Assembly: GCA_035453125.1 (NCBI GenBank)
Contig: DAOTCN010000001.1
Span: 233,634 to 297,633 of the forward strand
DNA length: 64,000 nt
Source: Minisyncoccota bacterium
GTDB lineage: Archaea > Nanobdellota > Nanobdellia > Pacearchaeales > GW2011-AR1
Reading direction: 5' to 3'
The notes under the pieces were generated by a model, which had not been told where the DNA came from, made no database searches, and worked only from the letters and a program-made list of their open reading frames with translations. A program made the position numbers and the translations under genes. Shown one piece after another: positions 9,258-18,403 of the stretch; the first letter of the stretch is position 1, and every line of letters begins with the position of its first letter.

Positions 9258-9666
9258 TTATTTTCTAATATTAAAGATAACTTTCTAATGACTTTTTTAC
9301 GCTATTTGCAAAGTCCCTTAACTTTTTCTGACGAATCATTCCAAAAGCATTGTTGAAGATCTTTTTATTTTATTTTCATTTCCTGATTCTAAATCTTCTT
9401 TTAATAATGCCTTCACAATATCTGTATTGAGATTTACTTAATAAATTTATAAATTTTTCATAAGCTTCAGAATAATTGTATCAATATAATCTTCTTTTAT
9501 TGTTAGAAACCTATTGTTAACTTAGTTCACATTCTTGCGCAAGTGTATAATTGTTCTCTATGGTTTTAGTTGTTCTAATTAGTATTTAAACTTTTATTTC
9601 ATCTTCCGAAAGATTTAAATACACTCATTCTAATGAAATTAATTTAAAAAATCAAAAATCAAAAAA

Positions 9667-9888
9667 ATGTTAGAATCAATAAGAAAATTAACTTATGAAA
9701 TTCAAGAAAATCGACTATATCGAGGAATTGGACAAGCAGTTATTGCAATAGCTTTAGGTGTTGCTGTATTAAAAGGAATTGATTATGTTGATTCAATATA
9801 TAATATTCCTATAATTCAAGAAGAAACTCAGTTTCAAAGAAACATGAATTTTGAAGGATTAGAAGCATTTAATTACGAACTTGAGTAA
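9667..9888 (+). CDS. hypothetical small membrane protein
   Basis: 73 aa with one hydrophobic helix GIGQAVIAIALGVAVL. Confidence 0.35.
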   Translation: MLESIRKLTYEIQENRLYRGIGQAVIAIALGVAVLKGIDYVDSIYNIPIIQEETQFQRNMNFEGLEAFNYELE

Positions 9889-10088
9889 ATTATCCGAAAA
9901 CTTTTTAAAGTTATTATAATCTATTATACTAGTTTAATAGAAGTTTATCGTGATTTATTACGATTTGATAGTGTATTAAAATTCAATATCATAATTACTT
10001 TATGTTCAATAAAACAAGTAAATATTTATCTTGTTTTTTACGGTAGATTTCTGTTATTCTATTATAACCTAAACAAATTGGAGGAAAA

Positions 10089-11255
10089 ATGGCAAAAATA
10101 AGTCCCGTATCAATAAAATACATGATACATGCTAAGTTTGAAGCTGTTGGACCAGTAGAAAAACCAGATGTAATTGGAGCTTTATTTGGCCAAACTGAAG
10201 GACTTCTAGGATCTGATTTAGAAATAAGAGATCTTCAAAAAGAAGGCAAAATAGGCAGAATTGAAGTTGAAACTGATTCTAGTGGTGGAAGAACATCTGG
10301 AAAGATATTTATTCCTACTGCATTGGATAAGTCTGAAACAAGTTTAATTGCTGCTGCAATTGAAACAATTGATAAAATAGGGCCGACAGAAGCTAAAATT
10401 AGTGTTGAAAAAATTGAAGATGTTAGAGGAAATAAGAGAGATTATATTTTAGATAGAGCCAAAAGACTTTTAGAACAAATGGATAGTTCTACTAATTCAA
10501 GAGAGATCTCAGATAGTTTGAAAACAGCTTCTAGAACTTCAAGAGTGCAAGAATATGGAGAAGAAAAACTTGCATCTGGTGATTTATCAGGAGAAGAGAT
10601 TATTGTTGTTGAAGGAAGAGCAGATGTTATTAATCTTCTTGAGAATAGAGTTAATAATGTAATTTGTATGAATGGAACAAAACTTCCACCATCAATAATT
10701 GAGTTAAGTAAGAACAAATCAATTACTTTATTTTTAGATGGAGATAGAGGTGGAAAACTTATTGCTAAAAATGTAATTGAAAATGCAGACATTGATTTTA
10801 TTGCATTTGCACCTGATGGAAAAGAAGTTGAAGAACTTAGCGGAAAGGAAATTTTAGTAAGTTTAAGAAAGAAAATTCCTGCAAAGGAATTTTCTTCTTC
10901 TTTTTCTATAGATAATTTTAAAACAGAAAATCAAAATCAACGAAATATTGAAAAAGTTGAATCAAAAGAAATTAAAGAAATAAATATGGAAGCACTAAAA
11001 AAATTCTTAAAAGAAGAAGTTGAGGGTTCTGATAAAGCATTTTTATTAGATTATAACTTGAATATTTTTAAAACTGTTGCAAAAACAAGAGTTAATGTTG
11101 AACTATCGAGGTTAACTAATATATATGTTGTTGCTATAGACGGAAAGGCAACATTAACACTGGTAAAATCAGCAGAAGAAGCAGGTTGTAAATATCTTGC
11201 AGCTAAGAATTTTGTGGATGTAAAAGAAAGTATGATTAAGTTTGTTAGTTTTTAG
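10089..11255 (+). CDS. dnaG: archaeal DnaG (Toprim) primase-like protein
   Basis: 388 aa. Typical archaeal DnaG N-terminus KYMIHAKFEA.G.VEKPDVIGALFGQTEGLLG and Toprim IVVEGRADV...DGDRGG. GGAGG at 10080-10084. Confidence 0.9.
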   Translation: MAKISPVSIKYMIHAKFEAVGPVEKPDVIGALFGQTEGLLGSDLEIRDLQKEGKIGRIEVETDSSGGRTSGKIFIPTALDKSETSLIAAAIETIDKIGPTEAKISVEKIEDVRGNKRDYILDRAKRLLEQMDSSTNSREISDSLKTASRTSRVQEYGEEKLASGDLSGEEIIVVEGRADVINLLENRVNNVICMNGTKLPPSIIELSKNKSITLFLDGDRGGKLIAKNVIENADIDFIAFAPDGKEVEELSGKEILVSLRKKIPAKEFSSSFSIDNFKTENQNQRNIEKVESKEIKEINMEALKKFLKEEVEGSDKAFLLDYNLNIFKTVAKTRVNVELSRLTNIYVVAIDGKATLTLVKSAEEAGCKYLAAKNFVDVKESMIKFVSF

Positions 11256-11327
11256 ATTGAGTTTATTACATTAAAAAATTGTACTTTTTACAAACCTTTT
11301 TAAAATACATTAGCTTTTAATATTTGT

Positions 11328-11933
11328 ATGGAAATAAAAAAGGATGATAAATTTAGTCCAATTAGTTTAATGCATATTGAACAGAAAGAACATCATAAAC
11401 CTAAGTTTAATTTGATTAATTCAATAAAACAAAAGTTTATACATAAAGAAAATGGTGTTAAGACAACTAAAAAAGTCAATCCTAAAATTTTAGTTATTTT
11501 AGGAATTTTAATTTTTATTGTTTTTATCCTTGCAATGTACTTCACTTTTTTTTATAGTGTAAAATGTAAGAATATTGCTTGTTGGGACTATAAAATAGAA
11601 AGATGTTCAAGAGCAATTTATATTAATGACATTAAAGATATAAGCTGGAAATATAAAATAATTGGAAGAAAAGATAGTTTGTGTGAAGTAAAAGCTAAGG
11701 TTATTGAAGTTAGAGGTGGTTTAATTGATTCTAAAATATTAGAAGGAAAAGAAATGACTTGTATGTTACCTTTAAATATTGTGACTTTTCCAGAAAATGA
11801 CCCTAATCTTTGTTATGGAAGACTCAAAGAAGAGATGCAAGGATTAATAATTAAAAAATTACATCAATATATTTTAACTAATCTTGGTTCAATTAACCAA
11901 AATTTGACAAAGATTGAGGGAATTAGCAATTAA
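11328..11933 (+). CDS. hypothetical membrane-anchored Cys-containing protein
   Basis: 201 aa. One TM helix, then a domain with 6 Cys. TATA at 11299-11306 ends 22 nt before the ATG. Confidence 0.5.
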   Translation: MEIKKDDKFSPISLMHIEQKEHHKPKFNLINSIKQKFIHKENGVKTTKKVNPKILVILGILIFIVFILAMYFTFFYSVKCKNIACWDYKIERCSRAIYINDIKDISWKYKIIGRKDSLCEVKAKVIEVRGGLIDSKILEGKEMTCMLPLNIVTFPENDPNLCYGRLKEEMQGLIIKKLHQYILTNLGSINQNLTKIEGISN

Positions 11934-11968
11934 ATAATACTTTATAATCTTATCTTTTTTTTAATAAT

Positions 11969-12766
11969 ATGGCAATCAGATTTGGACCTGGAGGTTTAGG
12001 ACCTGTAAAAGAAGCAGTTCGTAATTTAGAAGAATACAATAAACTCGGATTAAAGGCTTGTGAAATTGAGTTTACTTATGGAGTTTATATCAAGCCAAGT
12101 CAGGCACCAGTTATAAGAGAAAGGGCAAAAGAGCTTGATATTAAGCTGAGTATTCACGCTCACTATTGGATAAATCTTAATTCTGAAGAAAAAGAGAAAG
12201 TTGAACAGAGTAAGAAAAGAATTATTGAATGTTGTAAAATAGGTGATTTATTGAGTTATGGAAATGAAGTAAGTATTGTGTTTCATCCGGGTTTTTATGG
12301 AAAGAAAGATAAAGAAGAGAGTTATGAAAATATAAAAAAAGAAGTTTTGGAATTGCAAGAAGAAATTGAAAGGAATAAGTGGAAGGTTAAATTATGTCCT
12401 GAAACAACTGGAAAAGTTAATGTTTTTGGAAGTGTGGAAGAAATTTTAAAACTTGTACATGATACTAACTGTGGTTTTACAATAGACTTTGCTCATTTGT
12501 TAGCTAGAAGTAATGGAAAGTTAAGCTATAAAGAAGCTTATAAGGACTTTAAAGACTTGAAAGTTAAAGAGCTACATTGCCATTTTTCAAGTATTGCTTA
12601 TGGTGAAAAAGGTGAAAAGAACCATATACTTACCTCTGAAAAAGAAATTGAAAAACTGCTTGAAGTTTTGAAAGGTTCTGGAAAAGAAATTACAATAATT
12701 AATGAATCTCCAGATCCGGTTGGAGATAGTGTTAAGAGTTTGAAAATTTGGAATAAACTGAACTAA
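11969..12766 (+). CDS. nfo: endonuclease IV / xylose-isomerase-like TIM-barrel family protein
   Basis: 265 aa. Metal-ligand pattern SIHAHY, VFHPG, CPETTG, DFAHL, HCHFS is typical of AP endonuclease 2 (Nfo) family. Confidence 0.75.
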   Translation: MAIRFGPGGLGPVKEAVRNLEEYNKLGLKACEIEFTYGVYIKPSQAPVIRERAKELDIKLSIHAHYWINLNSEEKEKVEQSKKRIIECCKIGDLLSYGNEVSIVFHPGFYGKKDKEESYENIKKEVLELQEEIERNKWKVKLCPETTGKVNVFGSVEEILKLVHDTNCGFTIDFAHLLARSNGKLSYKEAYKDFKDLKVKELHCHFSSIAYGEKGEKNHILTSEKEIEKLLEVLKGSGKEITIINESPDPVGDSVKSLKIWNKLN

Positions 12767-12807
12767 TAATTATAAGGTTTAGTAGTTTTAATCTTTTCTA
12801 TTTTCAT

Positions 12808-13227
12808 CTAAAAACCTGATTCTTTTTTTAGTTCAAATAAAAGCCGTTTGTTTAAAATTGTTTTAGCATCTCTTATTCTTTCTTTTGTTTGTTGTTTTTC
12901 TTTTATTGATTTTTTTAATAATTGAATTGGAACAATATCAATTTTATAATTTCCTTTTTGAACTGAGTTTGAGGTTGCAGATGAAACAGCTAAAATATCT
13001 ACTTTTTTATTTTCAATTTTGATTAGATATATGCCTAAAATATCTTCAAAAAAAGGTGCTAAGATTTTGATAATATCACGCTTTATATCAAGGGGGGGAC
13101 TTACAACTCTTACTACAACTTCTGCACCTAACAGTGATTTTGGCAGTAAAACACCTGCTGAATTTCCAACTTTAATTGTCCGACGATAAAACTGCTTTTT
13201 TTGGTTTTGTTTAACTGGTTCTTCCAT
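12808..13227 (-). CDS. AbrB/SpoVT-domain DNA-binding protein
   Basis: 139 aa. N-terminal RRTIKVGNSAGVLLPKSLLGAEVVV is a SpoVT-AbrB swapped-hairpin signature. Confidence 0.7.
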   Translation of the reverse strand: MEEPVKQNQKKQFYRRTIKVGNSAGVLLPKSLLGAEVVVRVVSPPLDIKRDIIKILAPFFEDILGIYLIKIENKKVDILAVSSATSNSVQKGNYKIDIVPIQLLKKSIKEKQQTKERIRDAKTILNKRLLFELKKESGF

Positions 13228-13229
13228 AT

Positions 13230-13248
13230 GTTATAACATTGTTATAAC
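13230..13248. promoter_or_regulatory. two palindromic GTTATAAC boxes 11 bp apart (candidate operator)
   Basis: GTTATAAC at 13230-13237 and 13241-13248. They lie between the ATG (13227) and the TATA (13251-13258, minus strand) of the AbrB-like gene. Confidence 0.45.
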
Positions 13249-13367
13249 AATATATAAACTTTTCCCATTATTCTAATTATAGTGTTACTTGCTAGTGATA
13301 TTCAAATTTGTTGTCACCATAAAGTTTATAAATAGTTAAAATGTCTAAATTTTAACCTAAATTTAAA

Positions 13368-14591
13368 ATGAAAAGTAAAAACAAAACCAATATGAAATCA
13401 AAAATATGTTTTGGTTTCTTGGTAGCAATTTTATCAATTGCTCTTTTGTCTTTTGCAAGTGCATCAACTCTTGATATTGTTAATCAATATGTTGAGATTG
13501 ATGGTTTACCTGCAACTGGAAATAACGCAGTTGTTTCTAGTGATAAGATTCCAGTAGTTGTTGATTTCACTGCAAATTCAAATGCAAGTGAAGTTCAAGT
13601 TTCTGCTTGGGTTCAAGGCTTTAGAAGTGATAGATCTGAAATTGAATTCGCAGACCTAATTGATGGAAGCGATTATTCAGCAAGACTTGCAGTTAATGTA
13701 CCATCAGATATAGATCCTGAAGAAGAGTTAACTCTTTTTGTAAGAATTGAAACTGATAACGGAAACTGGGAAGAATCTTACACTCTTAGAGCTCAAAGAC
13801 AATCAAATGCACTTGAAGTACTTCTAGTTGATATGGATAGTACTGTTAGTGCTGGAGCAAGTTTACCAATTGGTGTAGTTGTTAAAAACATTGGAAGACA
13901 TGAATCAGAAGATACAATGGTTACTGTTAGAATACCTGAATTAGGTATATCAAAAACAGCTTACCTTGAAGATCTTGCTATTTTAGACAGTTGTGATGAC
14001 AATTGTGATAACGAAGATTCTATAGAAAGGAAATTGTTAGTAACAATACCTTCAAATGCAGAATCAGGTGTTTACAAAGTAGAAATTTCAACTTTCAATG
14101 ATAAAACTGAAACAACAGTTGTAAAAACTTTGACTGTTTCTGAAAAAGAAATTGAAGGAAGAGTATTAGCTAATCCTTCTGCTAGATCTTTCGCTGTTGG
14201 CGAAGAAGCAGTTTATGAACTTGTACTTGTTAACTCAGGTGACAAGATGGAAATTTACAACTTAGCTTCAACATTATCTGACGCATTAACTATCACTTTA
14301 AGTGATTCAGTTGCTGCAGTTCCTGCTGGTTCAAGCAAGACTGTTAAGATATATGTAGATGCTAATAGAGAAGGTACTTTTGGATTTGCAGTTAATGTAA
14401 ATTCAGATAATGGATTCAGTGGAAAGGTTAACTACACAGCAATGGTTAAAGATAAGGCTATTACAAACAACAACTTAATTGTTTTGACTATTGCTCTTGC
14501 AATAATCTTTGTTGTTCTAGTAATTGTACTTGTTGTATTGCTTACAAGAAAACCACAAAAATCTGAAGAATTCGGAGAAAGTTACTACTAA
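13368..14591 (+). CDS. secreted, C-terminally anchored surface protein (S-layer/CARDB-like)
   Basis: 407 aa. Signal peptide, beta-rich repeats such as VVVKNIGRHESEDTMVTVRIPELG (CARDB-like), C-terminal TM plus basic tail. Confidence 0.6.
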   Translation: MKSKNKTNMKSKICFGFLVAILSIALLSFASASTLDIVNQYVEIDGLPATGNNAVVSSDKIPVVVDFTANSNASEVQVSAWVQGFRSDRSEIEFADLIDGSDYSARLAVNVPSDIDPEEELTLFVRIETDNGNWEESYTLRAQRQSNALEVLLVDMDSTVSAGASLPIGVVVKNIGRHESEDTMVTVRIPELGISKTAYLEDLAILDSCDDNCDNEDSIERKLLVTIPSNAESGVYKVEISTFNDKTETTVVKTLTVSEKEIEGRVLANPSARSFAVGEEAVYELVLVNSGDKMEIYNLASTLSDALTITLSDSVAAVPAGSSKTVKIYVDANREGTFGFAVNVNSDNGFSGKVNYTAMVKDKAITNNNLIVLTIALAIIFVVLVIVLVVLLTRKPQKSEEFGESYY

Positions 14592-14714
14592 TTAAATTTT
14601 TAACTTTTTTTTCTTTTTTAATTTAACTTTTTCCTTTTTCTTTTTTTTATTTATAATTATTAATGGGACAAATAAAAATATAAAATGAGTGGTATAGATA
14701 TATTGATTTTATAC

Positions 14715-15782
14715 TTAAACTTCTTTACAGTTACCTTCATGATTAAATATAAACTTTCTTGAAGCTAACTGAACTTTGTTTGATTTTCCTCTTCCATTTG
14801 GGAAAACTATTTGTTGTGTTTTAATTGATGCAACATAGTTTTCTTCATCTATTTCAAGTATATTAAAAAACCCATAATCTCCTGAGAATTTATTATCATC
14901 ACTGAATTGTCTGTAACCTCCAAGATTGCCTGATCCAGCTACAATTGAAAATGACTTTAATGAAGTATTAGTAATTTCAAAGCCATTTGTATGTGTATGA
15001 CCGCAAAGCATTAGTGTGGGTTTTGAAGCATACAAATAGTCTCTTAAGTACTTGTTTTCTGTTGGTTCATTATGATTATGCCTTGATTTTAACATAAACA
15101 AAGGAGGAGTGTGAGTTATTGCAACATCTTCTTGTCCATTTGTTGAAATAAGAGAATTAAAAGCTTCTTGTCCTGAAAAGGGAATTATCAAATCTTCAGG
15201 TATTGTTCCTGGCAGATATTCTACTGAACCACCGTATCCTATAAAGCTTAGTGACTGTTCATCATCAAGGCCCTTAATTTCTTTTAATTCAGCTGGTTTT
15301 AAGCAGCTTTCACCTAAAACATCATTGATTGTTGTTACATCCCAATTTCCTGGAACTAGAACAACTTTTTCAGGTGTTTGACCAAATTGTTCTAAAATAC
15401 CTTTAAAAAGTTGATAATTTTTTTTAGACATTTCTAATGCTTTATTATGCAAGGCAATATAATCTTCAGGCAAACCATTAAGAGGTTTATTTGCAGCACT
15501 TTCTTTTAGTTTTATAATAAAATCAATTAGGCTAAAATCATCTTCAGCTATCACAGTTTCAACTTGATGATTTTTTAACTGACCTATTTTTCCGAGATTA
15601 TAAAAGGATTCTGTTAAAGCTTTAAGCATTACACTCTCTTGCTGTGTATAAATTGGGCTGCAAATATCTCCAGAACAAGCAACTATATCAAAATAATTTG
15701 GATTACCTTTTAATGTTGCATTAAGTGCTATTTCAAGCATTCCAAAATCACCATGAATGTCTGAAATATGCAATATTTTCAT
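14715..15782 (-). CDS. metallophosphoesterase (calcineurin-like)
   Basis: 355 aa. MKILHISDIHGD, SGDI, PGNWD, ITHTPP, CGHTHTNG motifs. Confidence 0.8.
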   Translation of the reverse strand: MKILHISDIHGDFGMLEIALNATLKGNPNYFDIVACSGDICSPIYTQQESVMLKALTESFYNLGKIGQLKNHQVETVIAEDDFSLIDFIIKLKESAANKPLNGLPEDYIALHNKALEMSKKNYQLFKGILEQFGQTPEKVVLVPGNWDVTTINDVLGESCLKPAELKEIKGLDDEQSLSFIGYGGSVEYLPGTIPEDLIIPFSGQEAFNSLISTNGQEDVAITHTPPLFMLKSRHNHNEPTENKYLRDYLYASKPTLMLCGHTHTNGFEITNTSLKSFSIVAGSGNLGGYRQFSDDNKFSGDYGFFNILEIDEENYVASIKTQQIVFPNGRGKSNKVQLASRKFIFNHEGNCKEV

Positions 15783-15848
15783 AAAAACTATAATATATAA
15801 AGGTTTTTAAATGTTATTATATGTAATTACTTTGAAGTTACTAATAAA

Positions 15849-16202
15849 ATGACAAAAGAAAATCAAGAAGTTTACACCACTAAAGATTTGAGACACATAA
15901 TGAATAATTATCTTGGTAGTTATACTGGCTTAACTCTTAATGACTTAAATGTTCTTGAACAGGCTAAACTACTTGAAACATATAGATCACTTATACAAAA
16001 TCCTCAAATATATGGAAACACTAATGATTCAAGAATATTAGATTTAGAATCAGAAGCAGTATTCAGATTTTTTGACAGTTATTTTGATGTTGATTTAAAA
16101 GATATAATGATTGGATGTGAAAAACCTTTTTCTCAGGAGTTTAGAATGCTTGTAAAATATAGACTTCGGATGTGGAGAGACCAAAGTGAGATTGGGTGTT
16201 AA
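15849..16202 (+). CDS. hypothetical protein
   Basis: 117-aa ORF divergent from the phosphoesterase. No motif recognised. Confidence 0.4.
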   Translation: MTKENQEVYTTKDLRHIMNNYLGSYTGLTLNDLNVLEQAKLLETYRSLIQNPQIYGNTNDSRILDLESEAVFRFFDSYFDVDLKDIMIGCEKPFSQEFRMLVKYRLRMWRDQSEIGC

Positions 16203-16239
16203 GAGTTTAGATTTTTGAGATGATTGAAATACTATTTTA

Positions 16240-16986
16240 CTATTTCTTTGCAGTTTTCCAGAGACTTAAAAAAAAGGCTTTGTAGGATTCTGAGATTGGC
16301 TTGCTTTTTATTATGATTGCTTTAGGTATTTCTTCCCAACTATATATTATCACATTTTCTCGAAATATTGCTGTGTCCTGAGGAAACTTTACTGAACAAT
16401 ATCTTGTTTTTTTCTTAACATAATTTAAATCTTCTTTAGAAACACTTTTTTCAAATTCTTTTTTGCTATCTTGAGTAATTAAAAGCAAGTCTTTTATTCC
16501 AGCTATTCTCCTTAATTCTCCAAAAGTATGATAAAACTCATTTATTTCTTTAGAATAACCTATACCTTCAGAGTATCCATAAAATTCTTCTCCTTTTTTT
16601 GCTTTTTGTATTAATTCTGAATTAATTAGTCTTATAGCCTTCATTCCTTCAAATACATTGACTATTGTTTTTTCTTTTTCTCCTTTTTTAAAAGAGGCTA
16701 ATCTTTCTACTTCTTTTTTAATTTTATTTTCTCGTTCTTTATACATAAGATATATTTTTTCGGGATTGCTTGCTTGAAAGTATTTTATTTTACCCTTAAG
16801 AACATATGAGACTAATCCTTTGTTAATTAGAGATTCTAGTATAGAGTATATTTTGGATTGAGGTATTTTTGATTTTTCTACTAATGGACCTGTTGTTGTT
16901 TCTCCTAATTCGATTAGTGAAATAAATGCTCTTGATTCCCAATTTGTTAATCCAGCTTCATTTAAAATCTCTGTTTTTTCTGTCAT
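16240..16986 (-). CDS. TrmB-family transcriptional regulator
   Basis: 248 aa. N-terminal wHTH LTNWESRAFISLIELGETTTGPLVEKSKIPQSKIYSILESLINKGLV is typical of TrmB. Confidence 0.8.
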   Translation of the reverse strand: MTEKTEILNEAGLTNWESRAFISLIELGETTTGPLVEKSKIPQSKIYSILESLINKGLVSYVLKGKIKYFQASNPEKIYLMYKERENKIKKEVERLASFKKGEKEKTIVNVFEGMKAIRLINSELIQKAKKGEEFYGYSEGIGYSKEINEFYHTFGELRRIAGIKDLLLITQDSKKEFEKSVSKEDLNYVKKKTRYCSVKFPQDTAIFRENVIIYSWEEIPKAIIIKSKPISESYKAFFLSLWKTAKK

Positions 16987-17010
16987 TTTACTACCTACTT
17001 TAGTAGTAAA
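16987..17010. promoter_or_regulatory. inverted repeat TTTACTAC-N8-GTAGTAAA (candidate TrmB operator)
   Basis: Perfect 8-bp arms starting 1 nt upstream of the TrmB ATG, between it and a TATA at 17014-17021. Contains TACT/AGTA-type half-sites. Confidence 0.45.
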
Positions 17011-17091
17011 TAATATATAAATATATTTATTTTATTTAATTATTATTAAGTAGTTACAAATAACTATATAATAAAATAAGGAAAAAATAAA

Positions 17092-17535
17092 ATGAAAACA
17101 AAAATATTGGTTGTTGAAGACATGGATTTACCTTTAGAAGCATTGAACATTGCTATAAGGCTTAGTGTACTTAGAGAACCAAAACCTATTGAGCTTAGTG
17201 GAGATAGTCAAAGAGAATTAGAAGAAAGAGGAATTGATGTAGTTAGAACCCTTGAAGAAGCTAGAAATTATGTTGAAAAGTCACTGTATGATTTAGTTTT
17301 GTTAGATCATAATCTTCCTGCAAGAGTTGGTTCTCCTGCTGAAGATATTGGGTATACTCTTATCCCAAAGATTAAGGAAAGAAATCCTGAAACTTACATA
17401 GTTGGAACATCAAGTAACGATAGACTTCCAAGCTATTTAGTTCCTGATTGCGCTATTCGTAAATCTAGCATGACTTTAGATGAAGATATTGGAAATATTT
17501 ATGATAAACTTGAAAGGAGATATGAACAAAAATGA
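17092..17535 (+). CDS. stand-alone response-regulator receiver domain protein
   Basis: 147 aa. ILVVEDMD acidic pocket, DLVLLDHNLP phospho-acceptor Asp, GTSS and a later Lys. No output domain. Confidence 0.8.
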   Translation: MKTKILVVEDMDLPLEALNIAIRLSVLREPKPIELSGDSQRELEERGIDVVRTLEEARNYVEKSLYDLVLLDHNLPARVGSPAEDIGYTLIPKIKERNPETYIVGTSSNDRLPSYLVPDCAIRKSSMTLDEDIGNIYDKLERRYEQK

Positions 17536-17960
17536 AAACACAAACATTAAACAGATACTTAGAAAGAAAACAAGCAGGAGAAGTTGTTAGAGGAAGTGCT
17601 CTTGCTGAATTGCTTGATTCTCCTGAAATGGAAAAAGAAGAAAGTAAAAACGAATTAAGAGACTTAAATATACCAAATGATGAAAAATCAGCTTGTTTCT
17701 CATGGTTATGGACAACTCACAATTATGACTCAATAAAAAAACTTAGAGAATTATTAGGATATAAACTTACTAAAGAGAATATTTGGTTTAAAAAAAATTC
17801 TACTAGTATTGCTAAGGAATATTGTAAATATCTGGAGTATGGATATAAAAAAGAAGCGGAAAATATAGAAGAATGTACAGGTATTAGAGATCTTTGTATT
17901 AATATAGCAGATATAGGATTACATAAATCAATTCAAGGTTCAGATGAAGAAAATTATTAA
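17532..17960 (+). CDS. hypothetical protein
   Basis: 142 aa. ATGA start/stop overlap with the receiver gene implies translational coupling. Confidence 0.5.
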   Translation: MKTQTLNRYLERKQAGEVVRGSALAELLDSPEMEKEESKNELRDLNIPNDEKSACFSWLWTTHNYDSIKKLRELLGYKLTKENIWFKKNSTSIAKEYCKYLEYGYKKEAENIEECTGIRDLCINIADIGLHKSIQGSDEENY

Positions 17961-17965
17961 ATGAA

Positions 17966-18394
17966 TTGAAAGAAGATGAGAGAACAGAAGTAACATTAAA
18001 TCTTAGTGCTAAAGTAACTTATGGAATTGGAATCCCTCTTGAAAATTATGATGATAATTATGAGAAAGTTATGCTTGATGATGACTCTAAAGAATTTGAT
18101 TTAGGACAGATTAAATCAGGAGTATGGAAAACAAAAGCTTGCTATACTGGTTACCCTACATTAGTATATAGTGCTTTATGTGCTGAAGAAGGTGATAAGT
18201 TATACAAACAGATGTCTAAACAAGTTTCTTCAAAATTAAGAAAAAATACTGATAGATTTACAATAGACCAGAGTTGTACAATGAGCAGTCAGGATTCTTA
18301 TAATTGGATGGAAAGTCATCTTGAGAGATACAATAATAGAGTAAGAGAATTCTTAGAAGCAACACTTAAAAATAAGGGTTTTAAGAAATTATAA
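17966..18394 (+). CDS. hypothetical protein (TTG start as drawn)
   Basis: 142 aa if the TTG at 17966 is used. The first in-frame ATG is about 35 codons in. Starts 6 nt after the previous stop. Confidence 0.4.
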   Translation: MKEDERTEVTLNLSAKVTYGIGIPLENYDDNYEKVMLDDDSKEFDLGQIKSGVWKTKACYTGYPTLVYSALCAEEGDKLYKQMSKQVSSKLRKNTDRFTIDQSCTMSSQDSYNWMESHLERYNNRVREFLEATLKNKGFKKL

Positions 18395-18403
18395 TAAAAA
18401 ATC

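Noticed and set aside
14715-15782. Metallophosphoesterase as an Mre11 partner for the hook-bearing SMC
   Set aside because: Its motifs (GNWD rather than GNHD, no Mre11 capping region, 355 aa) do not fit Mre11. It also lies 2.6 kb away on a separate transcription unit, with four unrelated genes in between.
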